A stretch of DNA of 64,000 bases from an uncultured Bdellovibrio sp. (lineage in GTDB: Bacteria; Bdellovibrionota; Bdellovibrionia; Bdellovibrionales; Bdellovibrionaceae). The notes beneath the pieces were generated by a model, which saw only the letters and a list, made by a program, of their open reading frames with translations, had not been told where the DNA came from and searched no databases. This document shows, piece after piece, positions 40,016-49,633 of the stretch (its first letter is position 1; each line of letters starts with the position of its first letter). A program made the translations under genes and the position numbers. The DNA lies in NCBI GenBank assembly GCA_963932905.1, contig CAWVRN010000012.1:1-64000 (forward strand). Direction: 5' to 3'.

Positions 40016-40049
40016 TTCTTTGTTTATCCTTCAATTATGATTACGCGGA

Positions 40050-40079
40050 AAGGGCTCTAGAAATAGAGCCCTTTTTTTT
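40050..40079 (+). terminator. Rho-independent terminator
   Basis: aagggctcta-gaaa-tagagccctt then a T run. Confidence 0.9.
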
Positions 40080-40081
40080 GG

Positions 40082-40171
40082 GGTGCCAGCCTACTTTTCC
40101 GGACGCGCCGCAAACGGTGCCAGGCTACTTTTACGTAAGCACTGTGTCCGGAATAGTAGCCTGGCACCGTT
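40082..40171. repeat. REP-like cluster: two direct and one inverted copy of ggtgccaggctactttt
   Basis: Units at 40082-40104 and 40113-40132, inverted unit at 40146-40171. Confidence 0.75.
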
Positions 40172-40274
40172 CTCCCATAAAGAAGAGTTTAACTTTCTCA
40201 AAATAGTTCACTAAGATTTCCCTAACTCGTTCGTATTACATATAGAGAGTGTTGCTAAGGCCATAGGAGATCTG

Positions 40275-40820
40275 ATGGGTTTTGGTTCTGCGCCGGAATG
40301 GTTTGAAGGGTTTTATAGGGAGTTTTATCCAAAGCTCTTTCGTTATGCTTTGCGCTTTGTTGAAGTGTCTAAGGCTAGTGAAATTGTTCAGGATTGCTTT
40401 TTAAAGCTTTTAAATGAGCCGGATAAGGAGCCAGACCATTTAGCCTCGTGGCTGTATGTGACCTGTCGTAATCAATGTATTGATGAAATACGAAGGAGAA
40501 AGAAGATGAAGTCGTCGGACGAAATGGATGAAGACCAGCTTGTCGATCAAAGCGACCATTTGGATGATCAAATATATCAGTCTCAGATCAATCAACAATT
40601 AACGGTGGCCTTGGCGGCGTTGTCGTTCAAGGAAAAGGAAGTCATTCGACTAAAGTTTCAAGACGGACTTAGTTACCAGCAAATCAGTGATATCACTGGG
40701 CATAACGTAAATTATGTGGGTGTTCTGATTCATGAAAGCGTTCAGAAAATTAAAGGCAGTGTATTGAAGATCGGTCCTGCAACTCTTAATAAGAAAGGAG
40801 TTCAAAATGGAAAAAAGTAA
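40275..40820 (+). CDS. ECF sigma-70 factor
   Basis: EIVQDCFLKL; SWLY..CRN.CID; region 4 LSYQQIS. Confidence 0.92.
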   Translation: MGFGSAPEWFEGFYREFYPKLFRYALRFVEVSKASEIVQDCFLKLLNEPDKEPDHLASWLYVTCRNQCIDEIRRRKKMKSSDEMDEDQLVDQSDHLDDQIYQSQINQQLTVALAALSFKEKEVIRLKFQDGLSYQQISDITGHNVNYVGVLIHESVQKIKGSVLKIGPATLNKKGVQNGKK

Positions 40821-42936
40821 ATTAACGGCGTATGCATTAAATGAAGTCTCTGAAGCCGAAAGAGCAGAAATCGAAGCGTATTTAAATTCTCATCCGATGG
40901 AAAAAGCGGAAGTGGAAGAAATAAAATTAGTGTCATCAATTTTGAAAGCGGAAATGGCGACAGATTTGGTTGTGACGCCGCCACCATTGCCGAAGAAAAA
41001 AATGTCGTTCTGGGGCAAGCTGATGCAGCCAAAAGTTTTGGTGCCGGCGTTGGGCTTTGCGATTATTGGTATCGTTGCATTGCCGACTCTTTGGGATCGT
41101 TTCGTATGGCAGATGACGACTCGACCAGAACAAACTGCTATGTCTCCTGAACCCGATACCATCAACACTGTAGGCAACGGCAGACTCGTTGAAACTCGTG
41201 GTGTTCGTCCGCAAACAACAGCGATGGCGGAAAGAAAACAGATCGGCGGAATTTCTGCTGAAGGGGCTCGCTCGACTAAAGATGATTTAGCATCTCGGGA
41301 ATATGAAGACGCTCAGCCGATGACTACGACCTCTGGTCAATCGCCAACCGGTGCACCTATCGACGGTATGGATTCAAGTGCAAAAGGTCGTGCTAATTCC
41401 TTTGGCGGTCTTGGTGATCCAGCGGCTCCTCAGATGATGGCAAAAAAATCATTAGTCGAACCAGGTCGCATGCCGATGCCGGCGACGCCAGCTCCAGAAA
41501 TTAAGGAAGACACGAACTCGGGTGAAGAGTATAAGCAAAACGCCGAAAATGATTTCGTCCAAGTTTCTAAAGAAGCATTGTCGACATTCTCGATTGATGT
41601 GGATACGGCGTCCTACGCGAATGCGCGTCGATACTTGACGAATTACACTCAGATTCCGCCAGTGGATTCGATCCGCACGGAAGAATTTGTGAATTACTTC
41701 GACTATGATTACAAAGCACCGACGTCAGGACATCCGATCGCTGTTCACTTGGAAGCTACCAAGTCGCCTTGGAATTCAAATCGTGCGATTGTTCGCATTG
41801 GCTTGAAAGGTAAAGAGATCGAAGTGAAAGATCGTCCGAAATCAAACTTGGTATTCTTGATCGACGTATCGGGTTCGATGGAAGATGAAAATAAGTTGCC
41901 TTTGGTGAAGTCCGCTTTGAAAACGTTGACGGAGCAATTGACCGAGAAAGACCGTATCTCGATGGTGGTGTACGCGGGAAGTTCGGGCGTAGTGTTAGAA
42001 AGTACGCCGGGTGATAAGAAAGATAAAATTTTGACCGCGATTCAGAACCTGTCAGCGGGGGGGGGGACGAATGGTGAAGGTGGTATTCGCAAAGCCTACG
42101 AAATTGCGATGAAGAACTATGTGTCGGGTGGTAACAACCGCGTGATATTGGCTTCGGATGGTGATTTCAATGTGGGTGTGACGTCGCCGAAAGAATTACT
42201 GGATATTATCAAAGAGAAATCAGAAGGCGGTGTGTTCCTGACTGTGCTTGGTTTTGGAATGGGTAACTACAAAGATGCGCGTTTGGAAGAAATTTCGAAC
42301 AAAGGCCAAGGTAACTATTTCTACATCGACACAGCGAAAGAAGCGAATAAAGTATTTGTGAATCAATTATCGGGAACTCTGTTCACGATTGCGAAAGACG
42401 TGAAAGTGCAAGTGGAGTTTAATCCTAAGGTTGTTCACTCATATCGCCTCGTGGGCTACGAAAATCGCATGCTGAACAAAGAAGATTTTGCTAACGATAA
42501 AGTGGATGCGGGCGAAATGGGTGCTGGACATAGCGTGACGGCCTTGTATGAAATCGAATGGAAGGGAAATGCGCCGTCGGATATTAAGCTAAAATATCAA
42601 ACGGAAGAAAAAGTTAAGGATACTCCGGGAGCAACGGATGAAATCTTAACAGCGAAAATTCGTTATAAAAAACCAACGAATTCGACCAGCGAGTATTTCG
42701 AACAAGCGTTGGCTAACAAGGTGGCGCCATTATCAGAAACATCATGCTCGACTCGATTCGCAGTGGCCGTAGCCAGCTTCTCACTGTGGATGCGCAAATC
42801 AGCCCAACTAAAAGATTTTGATTCAAACAAAATCCTAGAAATCAGCGAAGGCTGTTTAAAGACCAAGGACAAAAAAGACTCGTTCAAAGAAGAATTCGTC
42901 GACCTAGTAAAAAAAGCCAGAGAGATCAGAAAATAG
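40807..42936 (+). CDS. Anti-sigma-like N-terminus + TM + YfbK-type von Willebrand A domain protein
   Basis: LTAYALNEVSEAERAEIEAYL; TM; STFSIDVDTASY; MIDAS DVSGS; SDGDFNVG; YRLVGYENR. Confidence 0.88.
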   Translation: MEKSKLTAYALNEVSEAERAEIEAYLNSHPMEKAEVEEIKLVSSILKAEMATDLVVTPPPLPKKKMSFWGKLMQPKVLVPALGFAIIGIVALPTLWDRFVWQMTTRPEQTAMSPEPDTINTVGNGRLVETRGVRPQTTAMAERKQIGGISAEGARSTKDDLASREYEDAQPMTTTSGQSPTGAPIDGMDSSAKGRANSFGGLGDPAAPQMMAKKSLVEPGRMPMPATPAPEIKEDTNSGEEYKQNAENDFVQVSKEALSTFSIDVDTASYANARRYLTNYTQIPPVDSIRTEEFVNYFDYDYKAPTSGHPIAVHLEATKSPWNSNRAIVRIGLKGKEIEVKDRPKSNLVFLIDVSGSMEDENKLPLVKSALKTLTEQLTEKDRISMVVYAGSSGVVLESTPGDKKDKILTAIQNLSAGGGTNGEGGIRKAYEIAMKNYVSGGNNRVILASDGDFNVGVTSPKELLDIIKEKSEGGVFLTVLGFGMGNYKDARLEEISNKGQGNYFYIDTAKEANKVFVNQLSGTLFTIAKDVKVQVEFNPKVVHSYRLVGYENRMLNKEDFANDKVDAGEMGAGHSVTALYEIEWKGNAPSDIKLKYQTEEKVKDTPGATDEILTAKIRYKKPTNSTSEYFEQALANKVAPLSETSCSTRFAVAVASFSLWMRKSAQLKDFDSNKILEISEGCLKTKDKKDSFKEEFVDLVKKAREIRK

Positions 42937-42941
42937 AAACA

Positions 42942-43008
42942 GGTACCTCCTAACATTCTGGTACCCGTAGCGTTAGACACGCCGGGTACCAGAATGTTAG
43001 GAGGTACC
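42942..43008. repeat. Perfect 26-bp inverted repeat between convergent genes
   Basis: ggtacctcctaacattctggtacccg (42942-42967) and its exact reverse complement (42983-43008). Confidence 0.9.
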
Positions 43009-43815
43009 CTATTTTAGGGCGTCTAGTAGGTATTTTCTGTAGGTGCCGTTTTTTATGAAGTAGGAGTTTGAGTGGGAGCCGCCTTCGAAGACTTTCCAGT
43101 GTTTGGGGTCTTTTGTTTTTTGGAAGACTTGCTCGCCTTGATCGATGGTGACGACGTTATCTTGGTTGCCATGCATGACGTAGACTGGGATTGGTGAAAT
43201 TAATCCTGGATCGCCGACCCAATTGTCACTCATCAGTAGCCACGCTAGAGGTTGGAAAACCCAAGTGACCCAGCTTCTTGAGGCGACACTTCTGGCCACG
43301 CTTCGGTAGGATGCGAAAGAGGCTTCGATGAAGACCGCTTTGTAGTTTTTCTTTTCATACAGATTCAAGCTCTTCAGCATGATCTGCCCACCCAAGCTCT
43401 GCCCGTAAACAAACAGCGGTAAATCGGGATTAATACCTTCGATTTTTTTCAGCGCTTCGACGCCAGATTTAGCCGTGCTTTCGGGAGTTGGGGATCCCGT
43501 TGATTTGCCATAGCCGGGATAGTCGAAAATCATCATGTCGTAATTATGATCGACCAACCACGACAGCATCGCAAAGTGGGCCGTTAAATTTTGAGCATTG
43601 CCGTGAAAAAAAAGAATTTTAGCTTTTGGGTTTTTGGCGTGAAAATACCAAGCATTAATTTGGTTTCCTTCAGGATCGGGGAAGTTGAGTTCCTCGATAT
43701 CATACAAAAGATCCTGTTTTTGAGTGAATTCTTGTTGCGATGGGTAGTATAGCAAGGAAGAACAACTGCTTAAAAAAAGTACAAATGGTAGAATAAGTAA
43801 AAATCGAAAGTTCAC
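43009..43815 (-). CDS. Alpha/beta hydrolase lipoprotein
   Basis: Lipobox SSC; FFHGNAQN; GQSLGG; HG.QD; H. Confidence 0.9.
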   Translation of the reverse strand: MNFRFLLILPFVLFLSSCSSLLYYPSQQEFTQKQDLLYDIEELNFPDPEGNQINAWYFHAKNPKAKILFFHGNAQNLTAHFAMLSWLVDHNYDMMIFDYPGYGKSTGSPTPESTAKSGVEALKKIEGINPDLPLFVYGQSLGGQIMLKSLNLYEKKNYKAVFIEASFASYRSVARSVASRSWVTWVFQPLAWLLMSDNWVGDPGLISPIPVYVMHGNQDNVVTIDQGEQVFQKTKDPKHWKVFEGGSHSNSYFIKNGTYRKYLLDALK

Positions 43816-43923
43816 CTATGAATCTTAGATTTAATTAAAATTGAAAGTCACCCTAATTTAGCTTGAATTTATATGGGGCAAACGATTGAATAATACGTAT
43901 CGTTTCAAACTATAGGAGGAAAT

Positions 43924-44376
43924 GTGTTAAAAAAACTAGTTGTGTTAGTAGCTCTAGTGTCGATTCAATCGATGGCTGCTAATTATGGTATGGCCGGTTG
44001 TGGATTGGGCGCTTTAGTATTCCAAGATCAACCAGGAAAAATTCAAATTTTGGCTGCGACTGTGAACAACATCGTATCACCACAAACATTCGCGATCACG
44101 TCTGGAACTTCAAACTGCTTTGAAGAATCACGTTCAGAAGTCAGCATCCGTTACATCGAGAACAACAAAATCGCGTTAAAAGAAGACGTGGCTCGTGGTA
44201 ATGGCGAAACGATCGATGGTTTAATGACTCTTTGGAATTGCTCTGACAAATCTTCGGTCACTCAAGATTTGAAACGTAATTACAATTCAATCTTTAAATC
44301 AAACGAAACTCTTCAGATTATGAATGACCTTAAATCTAATTCTGAAATCCAAAAATCTTGCAACTCTTTAACATAA
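43924..44376 (+). CDS. DUF3015-family secreted protein
   Basis: YGMAGCGLG; TFAITSGTSNC; D.ARGNGE. Confidence 0.85.
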   Translation: MLKKLVVLVALVSIQSMAANYGMAGCGLGALVFQDQPGKIQILAATVNNIVSPQTFAITSGTSNCFEESRSEVSIRYIENNKIALKEDVARGNGETIDGLMTLWNCSDKSSVTQDLKRNYNSIFKSNETLQIMNDLKSNSEIQKSCNSLT

Positions 44377-44393
44377 TATTTGGGATATAATAT

Positions 44394-44969
44394 ATGAAAT
44401 TACTTTTATTATTATTAACTGCTGTTTCTGTATCATTCGCGCAGGCCAAAAAACCAATGAAGCCAGCTCCAAAAGCGGCTCCAGCGCAACAACAACAAGC
44501 TCCAATGCACATGGCTCCGGCTCATGCTGCTCATAAATCAGGCGCTTATTCACGTCCATACGGTATGGCTGGTTGTGGATTAGGTAGCGTGGTTATGGAC
44601 AAGCGTAGCTCACAAGTTCTAGTGGCAACAACTAATGGAACTTCAGGCAATCAAACGTTTGCGATCACTACAGGTACATTGAACTGCCTTGATGATGCAT
44701 CATCACAAGTGGCTGACAAAATGGATAAATACATCCAAATCAACAAAACTCAATTAGCTGGCGATGCCGCTAAAGGTAACGGCGAAACAATCGTAGCCTT
44801 GAGCGAAGTTATGGGCTGCCAATCAAGCCAAAACTTGGGTTCTGCTTTGAAAGCTAACTACCGTGATGTGTTCACTAATGACACCACAAACGAAGTTACT
44901 GACAGCATCATCACTGTGATCCAAAGAGACTCCCAATTATCTCAAGAATGCTCATTCGCTCAGATCTAA
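44394..44969 (+). CDS. DUF3015-family secreted protein (paralog with Pro/Ala/His linker)
   Basis: YGMAGCGLG; TTNGTSGNQTFAITTGTLNC; D.AKGNGE. Confidence 0.85.
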   Translation: MKLLLLLLTAVSVSFAQAKKPMKPAPKAAPAQQQQAPMHMAPAHAAHKSGAYSRPYGMAGCGLGSVVMDKRSSQVLVATTNGTSGNQTFAITTGTLNCLDDASSQVADKMDKYIQINKTQLAGDAAKGNGETIVALSEVMGCQSSQNLGSALKANYRDVFTNDTTNEVTDSIITVIQRDSQLSQECSFAQI

Positions 44970-44995
44970 TTCTGGCTTAAGGAACATTTCTATTC

Positions 44996-45021
44996 AGTGG
45001 GCGATTTTGTCGCCCACTTTT
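44996..45021 (+). terminator. Rho-independent terminator
   Basis: agtgggcga-ttttg-tcgcccact-ttt. Confidence 0.75.
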
Positions 45022-45064
45022 ATCTTGCTTCATCCTTCGAAGCCTCTGTAAATTAGCTCCATTC

Positions 45065-47041
45065 ATGAAAATAGCATTCTGTAAAACTCACATACTGTGT
45101 TTGGGATTTGTTTTGTTATGTACGCTGGTTTCCGCCGCGGGCGTACCTTCATTTGTAAAAAAGCCCGCTGTGGTTGGCGACGTCGCGGCCATCCAAAGTT
45201 TAGTCGATGCCGCCCAGGCCGCGAAATTATCTGAAACCCGCACATGGCGCAAATTGATGCATTACGAACGTAACGTTTTTGGTTTGCTAAGAAGCCAAGT
45301 GAAATCGCCGACATTTTTTCTGTCTGCTGAGGGTGATAGTCAGCTGGATCAAGAGCTGCAGGCCACACTGTGGTCCTTCTTTGGACCGACCGACGTAAAA
45401 GACGAACATGCGATTTGCCGATTTCCAGCGCGCTTGGCGTGGTTGCAGTCTAAATTAAAAGATCATCCGGCATGGACCCTATTGCCAAAACCGACGTGTT
45501 ATTTTTTTGATGTATTCATTAGAAATTTAAATGCGGAATCGGTGTCATTTGTGTTTTCCAGTTACTATGCGAACAATCCGGGGTCGGCCTTTGGTCACAC
45601 ATTTTTTCGTGTGAATAAAAAAATCAAAGAAGGTCGCAGCAAACAAGAACTTTTGGATTACGGTATCAGTTATGCGGCGAATGTAACGACAGGCAATCCT
45701 GTGCTGTATATGATCAATGGTTTGATGGGTGGATTCACAGGCACCTACGTTAGCGTTCCGTATTACTATAAAGTTCGGGAATACAATGACTATGAATCAC
45801 GTGATTTGTGGTCTTATGAACTGGATTTAACCGAAGCCGAAGTGAAGCAATTGCTGAATCACATTTGGGAAGTCGGCCCGCAATATTTTGATTATTATTT
45901 TTTCACTCAAAATTGTTCCTACCACATGTTGACTCTAATGGAAGCGGTTTCCGAGCGTATTGAGCTGTCGAACAAAGTGCCTTTGTATGTCATTCCATCG
46001 GATTCCGTGAAAGCCCTGTTCACTATGCCTGGCTTTGTTCGTAAAGTAGAATTCCGTCCGTCACTGCGAAGAAATTTTGAAGATAAATGGAATAAATTTA
46101 CCGAGTCAGAGAAGCACGAATTCATGGCTATTTTGACGACGTATTCAGACGCGAAATTTAAGACGATCCAGTTTGAAAGCATTCAAAGAAAAGCCTTATT
46201 TCTGGATGGGCTAATTGATTACATCGATATGAAAGATCCAAACGGCATCGCTAAACACGAAGGTCCTTGGTATCAAATGAAAGAAAAAGTTCTGATGAGT
46301 CGCGCGGACGTTGATGTGATATCTGAACCTGTCGCGATCCCAGTGCCAAATGATGAACGACCCGATATTTCACATCCATCATCGCGCGTGAGCTTGGGAT
46401 TTGGTGAACGATCGATAACGGGCACGTTGAAACAGTCATTGGGATTTTTGAATTTCCGTTTTGCCTTTCATGAATTATTAGATGATTCGCACGGATTGCC
46501 GGCGCGTTCGCAATTGGAATTTGGAAATTTTAAATTTCAATATTTTGAAAATGATTTGAATCTGGAGAGTTTCTCGTTCTTTAATATTATGCAACTGAAT
46601 CCCTTAAGAAAATTAGATCCCAAGTTATCTTGGGGGATCGATGTGGGCGTACGCAATATGCCACTGTGTGATGGCGAACGATCGTGCCTTGGCTCTGGTT
46701 TACAAGTCTTTGGGGGCTATGCGGTGGATTGGGGCCGCCACATGGCTTGGGTGCTGCCGTTTGTACACTATCGCTATGGAAATTCGTACGCGATCACTCG
46801 CAACTATGCTGCTGTTGGATACCAAGCGGGCTATCTGTTAGAGATTTCTCAGGCGTATAAATTGATGGCGAAATATTCGAAAGAAATTCCTGATCGCTAC
46901 GCGACTGTAGATTCCGCTTCGGTGACGGGACGATTTAATTTCAAAATGAATCAAGCGGTAGAAGTCGAATGGTTGAATCCAAAATTGAATGCGCCCGTTG
47001 AGACGCAAAACACGAAATTACTATTTCACTACTTTTTTTAG
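45065..47041 (+). CDS. DUF4105 (Lnb-like N-terminal domain) protein with C-terminal beta-barrel
   Basis: W..L.HY; CRFPAR; SAFGHTF; Y...ESRDLW; YYFFTQNCSY; ends LLFHYFF. Confidence 0.85.
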   Translation: MKIAFCKTHILCLGFVLLCTLVSAAGVPSFVKKPAVVGDVAAIQSLVDAAQAAKLSETRTWRKLMHYERNVFGLLRSQVKSPTFFLSAEGDSQLDQELQATLWSFFGPTDVKDEHAICRFPARLAWLQSKLKDHPAWTLLPKPTCYFFDVFIRNLNAESVSFVFSSYYANNPGSAFGHTFFRVNKKIKEGRSKQELLDYGISYAANVTTGNPVLYMINGLMGGFTGTYVSVPYYYKVREYNDYESRDLWSYELDLTEAEVKQLLNHIWEVGPQYFDYYFFTQNCSYHMLTLMEAVSERIELSNKVPLYVIPSDSVKALFTMPGFVRKVEFRPSLRRNFEDKWNKFTESEKHEFMAILTTYSDAKFKTIQFESIQRKALFLDGLIDYIDMKDPNGIAKHEGPWYQMKEKVLMSRADVDVISEPVAIPVPNDERPDISHPSSRVSLGFGERSITGTLKQSLGFLNFRFAFHELLDDSHGLPARSQLEFGNFKFQYFENDLNLESFSFFNIMQLNPLRKLDPKLSWGIDVGVRNMPLCDGERSCLGSGLQVFGGYAVDWGRHMAWVLPFVHYRYGNSYAITRNYAAVGYQAGYLLEISQAYKLMAKYSKEIPDRYATVDSASVTGRFNFKMNQAVEVEWLNPKLNAPVETQNTKLLFHYFF

Positions 47042-47083
47042 AGATCGCCTGTTTAGGAAACGACGGCTCTATCCAATGGGAGC

Positions 47084-48565
47084 TTAACTTTTACAATTCG
47101 ACAACACATGCAAAGGCGCCCGGCGGATGTTGTTTTTCTTGTTGAACTTGTAGGCGAAGCTTTCGATCAAATTCACGTTAAATGTGTCGACGATGTGGTA
47201 ATCCTTTAGGGATTCTTTTTCTTGAGTCCAAATGAAATCATTCACGATGATGGCGGCTTGGCAGTTGTTGGCGGGTTGGTCCTTCACCGCTGACAGGGAT
47301 AGGTCTACGATATTATAGCCACGATTCAAGAAAATAAATTTCTCGGGTAGCCATTCGATTGTTTTTTCTAGATTGTAGACGGTCTTGATGCTGTTGTGTT
47401 TATCGATAAACAGGGCCGCGTTGATGATGTTTTTCTGTGACGGAAAAAAGCTGGCGTTGATTAAGATGAATACATTTAAAATTCCCATCGTGATCAACTG
47501 CCATTTTTTCACGGGCCACATCAACACCAGTCTTGCAAAAAATGGTGTCATCAGGACAATCAGTAACGGCACAATGGAAACCATAAAGCGTTCAAATTTT
47601 TGCGGGAAGTAGGAATGTAGCGCCACGAACAAGAGAATAAACACCCAGGCGTAGTTGAGTTTCTTGAACACTGGGCCGGCAATACCTTTGCCTGTGTTGT
47701 TGAACCACAGGAACGGGAAGAATGTTAAGCCCAGCAATAATCCAGGATAGAACAAGATAGATCCATTTCCATATTCGTGGCCATGTTCCACGTTGTAAGT
47801 CAGCACAGCCACCAGCGAATGGTGAAATCCACCGCGCAAGAAAATATCGGGAATGCCTGCCAGCACAAAGCACCCAAGGCCCACGGCCGAACTGACGATG
47901 ACTCCTTTGAAATCTTTTGCAAATAGCAACAACAACGGAATCGTAACGGCGCCAATACCGGCCTGCTGGCGCAGAACGAAAGCCATGCTGACAGTGATGG
48001 TAGCCCAAACAACATCCCACATTTTGCCTTCGGATTTATAGCGATAGAAAAAAGCCATTGAAAATAAAATCCACGGCGCCGCCAAAGATTCAAACATCGG
48101 GCGAGTTAAAGTAAATGAAGATGCAAAATAGAACGTAAACAGAAACAAGAAAACTTTCTGACACAAATCTTGCCAGCGCTGGGAATTGACGTTGCCGGGT
48201 ATTTTAAAATCAGAACCAAAATCCCATAAACGAACTGATTGAATAATTTGAAACGACAAAAGGTAGATCAGTAAATTAAAAATCGTGATCAGTAAAATAG
48301 TAAATCGATATTGATCGTAGGGATGAAAAATTCCTAGTTTCAGTGCAGCCTGCGCACCTAAATGCATTGGCATTACTTGCAACGGTGATTTTACGTCGGT
48401 TTGATCGACCAGATCTGTGTAGGTAGATGTCTGAGCGGGCAGATATTTAACCATGGCGTTCCAGTACTCGTCCGTACCCATGAAACCATCATTAACGAAA
48501 GCCACTAACAAAAAGAAACCAAGAAAAATTACGGTCGGATTTAGTTTTTTAAATAAAGTACTCAT
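47084..48565 (-). CDS. GT-C fold membrane glycosyltransferase (PIG-B/Alg9-like)
   Basis: TDEYW after first TM; multiple TMs; QKFERFM. Confidence 0.7.
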   Translation of the reverse strand: MSTLFKKLNPTVIFLGFFLLVAFVNDGFMGTDEYWNAMVKYLPAQTSTYTDLVDQTDVKSPLQVMPMHLGAQAALKLGIFHPYDQYRFTILLITIFNLLIYLLSFQIIQSVRLWDFGSDFKIPGNVNSQRWQDLCQKVFLFLFTFYFASSFTLTRPMFESLAAPWILFSMAFFYRYKSEGKMWDVVWATITVSMAFVLRQQAGIGAVTIPLLLLFAKDFKGVIVSSAVGLGCFVLAGIPDIFLRGGFHHSLVAVLTYNVEHGHEYGNGSILFYPGLLLGLTFFPFLWFNNTGKGIAGPVFKKLNYAWVFILLFVALHSYFPQKFERFMVSIVPLLIVLMTPFFARLVLMWPVKKWQLITMGILNVFILINASFFPSQKNIINAALFIDKHNSIKTVYNLEKTIEWLPEKFIFLNRGYNIVDLSLSAVKDQPANNCQAAIIVNDFIWTQEKESLKDYHIVDTFNVNLIESFAYKFNKKNNIRRAPLHVLSNCKS

Positions 48566-49488
48566 TATTGCAGCTGTTCTTGTATCCAATCCCAATACGC
48601 TGGGATGTAGGTATAAAATATCTGTCCTTGTTCACACAGCTTTGATTCCGTTGTACTTTCAATATACGAAGCGACACCCATAATTTTATAAGAGCCATTT
48701 TGCGCAACTAAAAGTGGCCCACCTGAATCGCCACTGCAACCACCATGGGCGTCCAATTGATTAACGCTGACCAAACCCGAACGATCGATTAAATTCACCG
48801 AGTCTTTCACTAGCATCAATTGATCCCAATTCTTAGTTACATAACGAAGTTCTGGTAAAGAGTCATCCGTTGTATGTGTGCGTCCGTAACCAATCATAAC
48901 CATTTGGCTGGCGGGATTGTTCATTTCTTGGAGAATATCGACAGGAACCAATGGCAAAGGCGAATAATCGGCAGGCAATAGGCCTTCAAATTTTACTGTG
49001 GCGATATCAAAATCAGGTGACTTGCTAGACGGAGACGTTTTATGGCGATACTGAGGATGAATATTCACGTTATTGGCGGAAAACACCAATCGTTTGTTGA
49101 ACCCACTAGAGCAAAACAAGTTAATCGAAGCAATGATCTGAGTCGATATTGTATTCTTTGGAAAACAGTGCGCCGCTGTTAGTACTGTCTTTTCATCAAT
49201 CAATGTACCTGTACATAATGTTGATAAAACTTCGGAACTGAAATCATCTTTTTGAAATCGCGATAGAACCATCACCATATGATTTCTAAGCGGATTTGTT
49301 TTATCCGCTATGTAGCCATTGACGATGCCGTCAGCGTAACAACCGCGAGAGGCATCAAAAGGATATACCTTTTTTGGGGGTTCTACGGGTTCGGTCTTAG
49401 AAACCGTTTCTTTCTTTTGGCAGCTGACTATTGCTAGGGCGGCCACAACCATCATGAGTATTTTGCGAGGACGATCCATATCCATCAT
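48565..49488 (-). CDS. Trypsin-like serine protease lipoprotein
   Basis: Lipobox VSC; LTAAHC; DIA; GDSGGP. Confidence 0.92.
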   Translation of the reverse strand: MMDMDRPRKILMMVVAALAIVSCQKKETVSKTEPVEPPKKVYPFDASRGCYADGIVNGYIADKTNPLRNHMVMVLSRFQKDDFSSEVLSTLCTGTLIDEKTVLTAAHCFPKNTISTQIIASINLFCSSGFNKRLVFSANNVNIHPQYRHKTSPSSKSPDFDIATVKFEGLLPADYSPLPLVPVDILQEMNNPASQMVMIGYGRTHTTDDSLPELRYVTKNWDQLMLVKDSVNLIDRSGLVSVNQLDAHGGCSGDSGGPLLVAQNGSYKIMGVASYIESTTESKLCEQGQIFYTYIPAYWDWIQEQLQ

Positions 49489-49633
49489 ATATTAAGGATA
49501 GGCAGTATCAGATAACGCTGTCAAAAGATTAGACAGCTGTCGGGCGTATAATTTTGGAACGGTATAGAAATGGCATCTAATGATGATTCAGAATGGCATG
49601 AAAGGCGCAATAACGTTTGGCAAGGAGCTTTAT

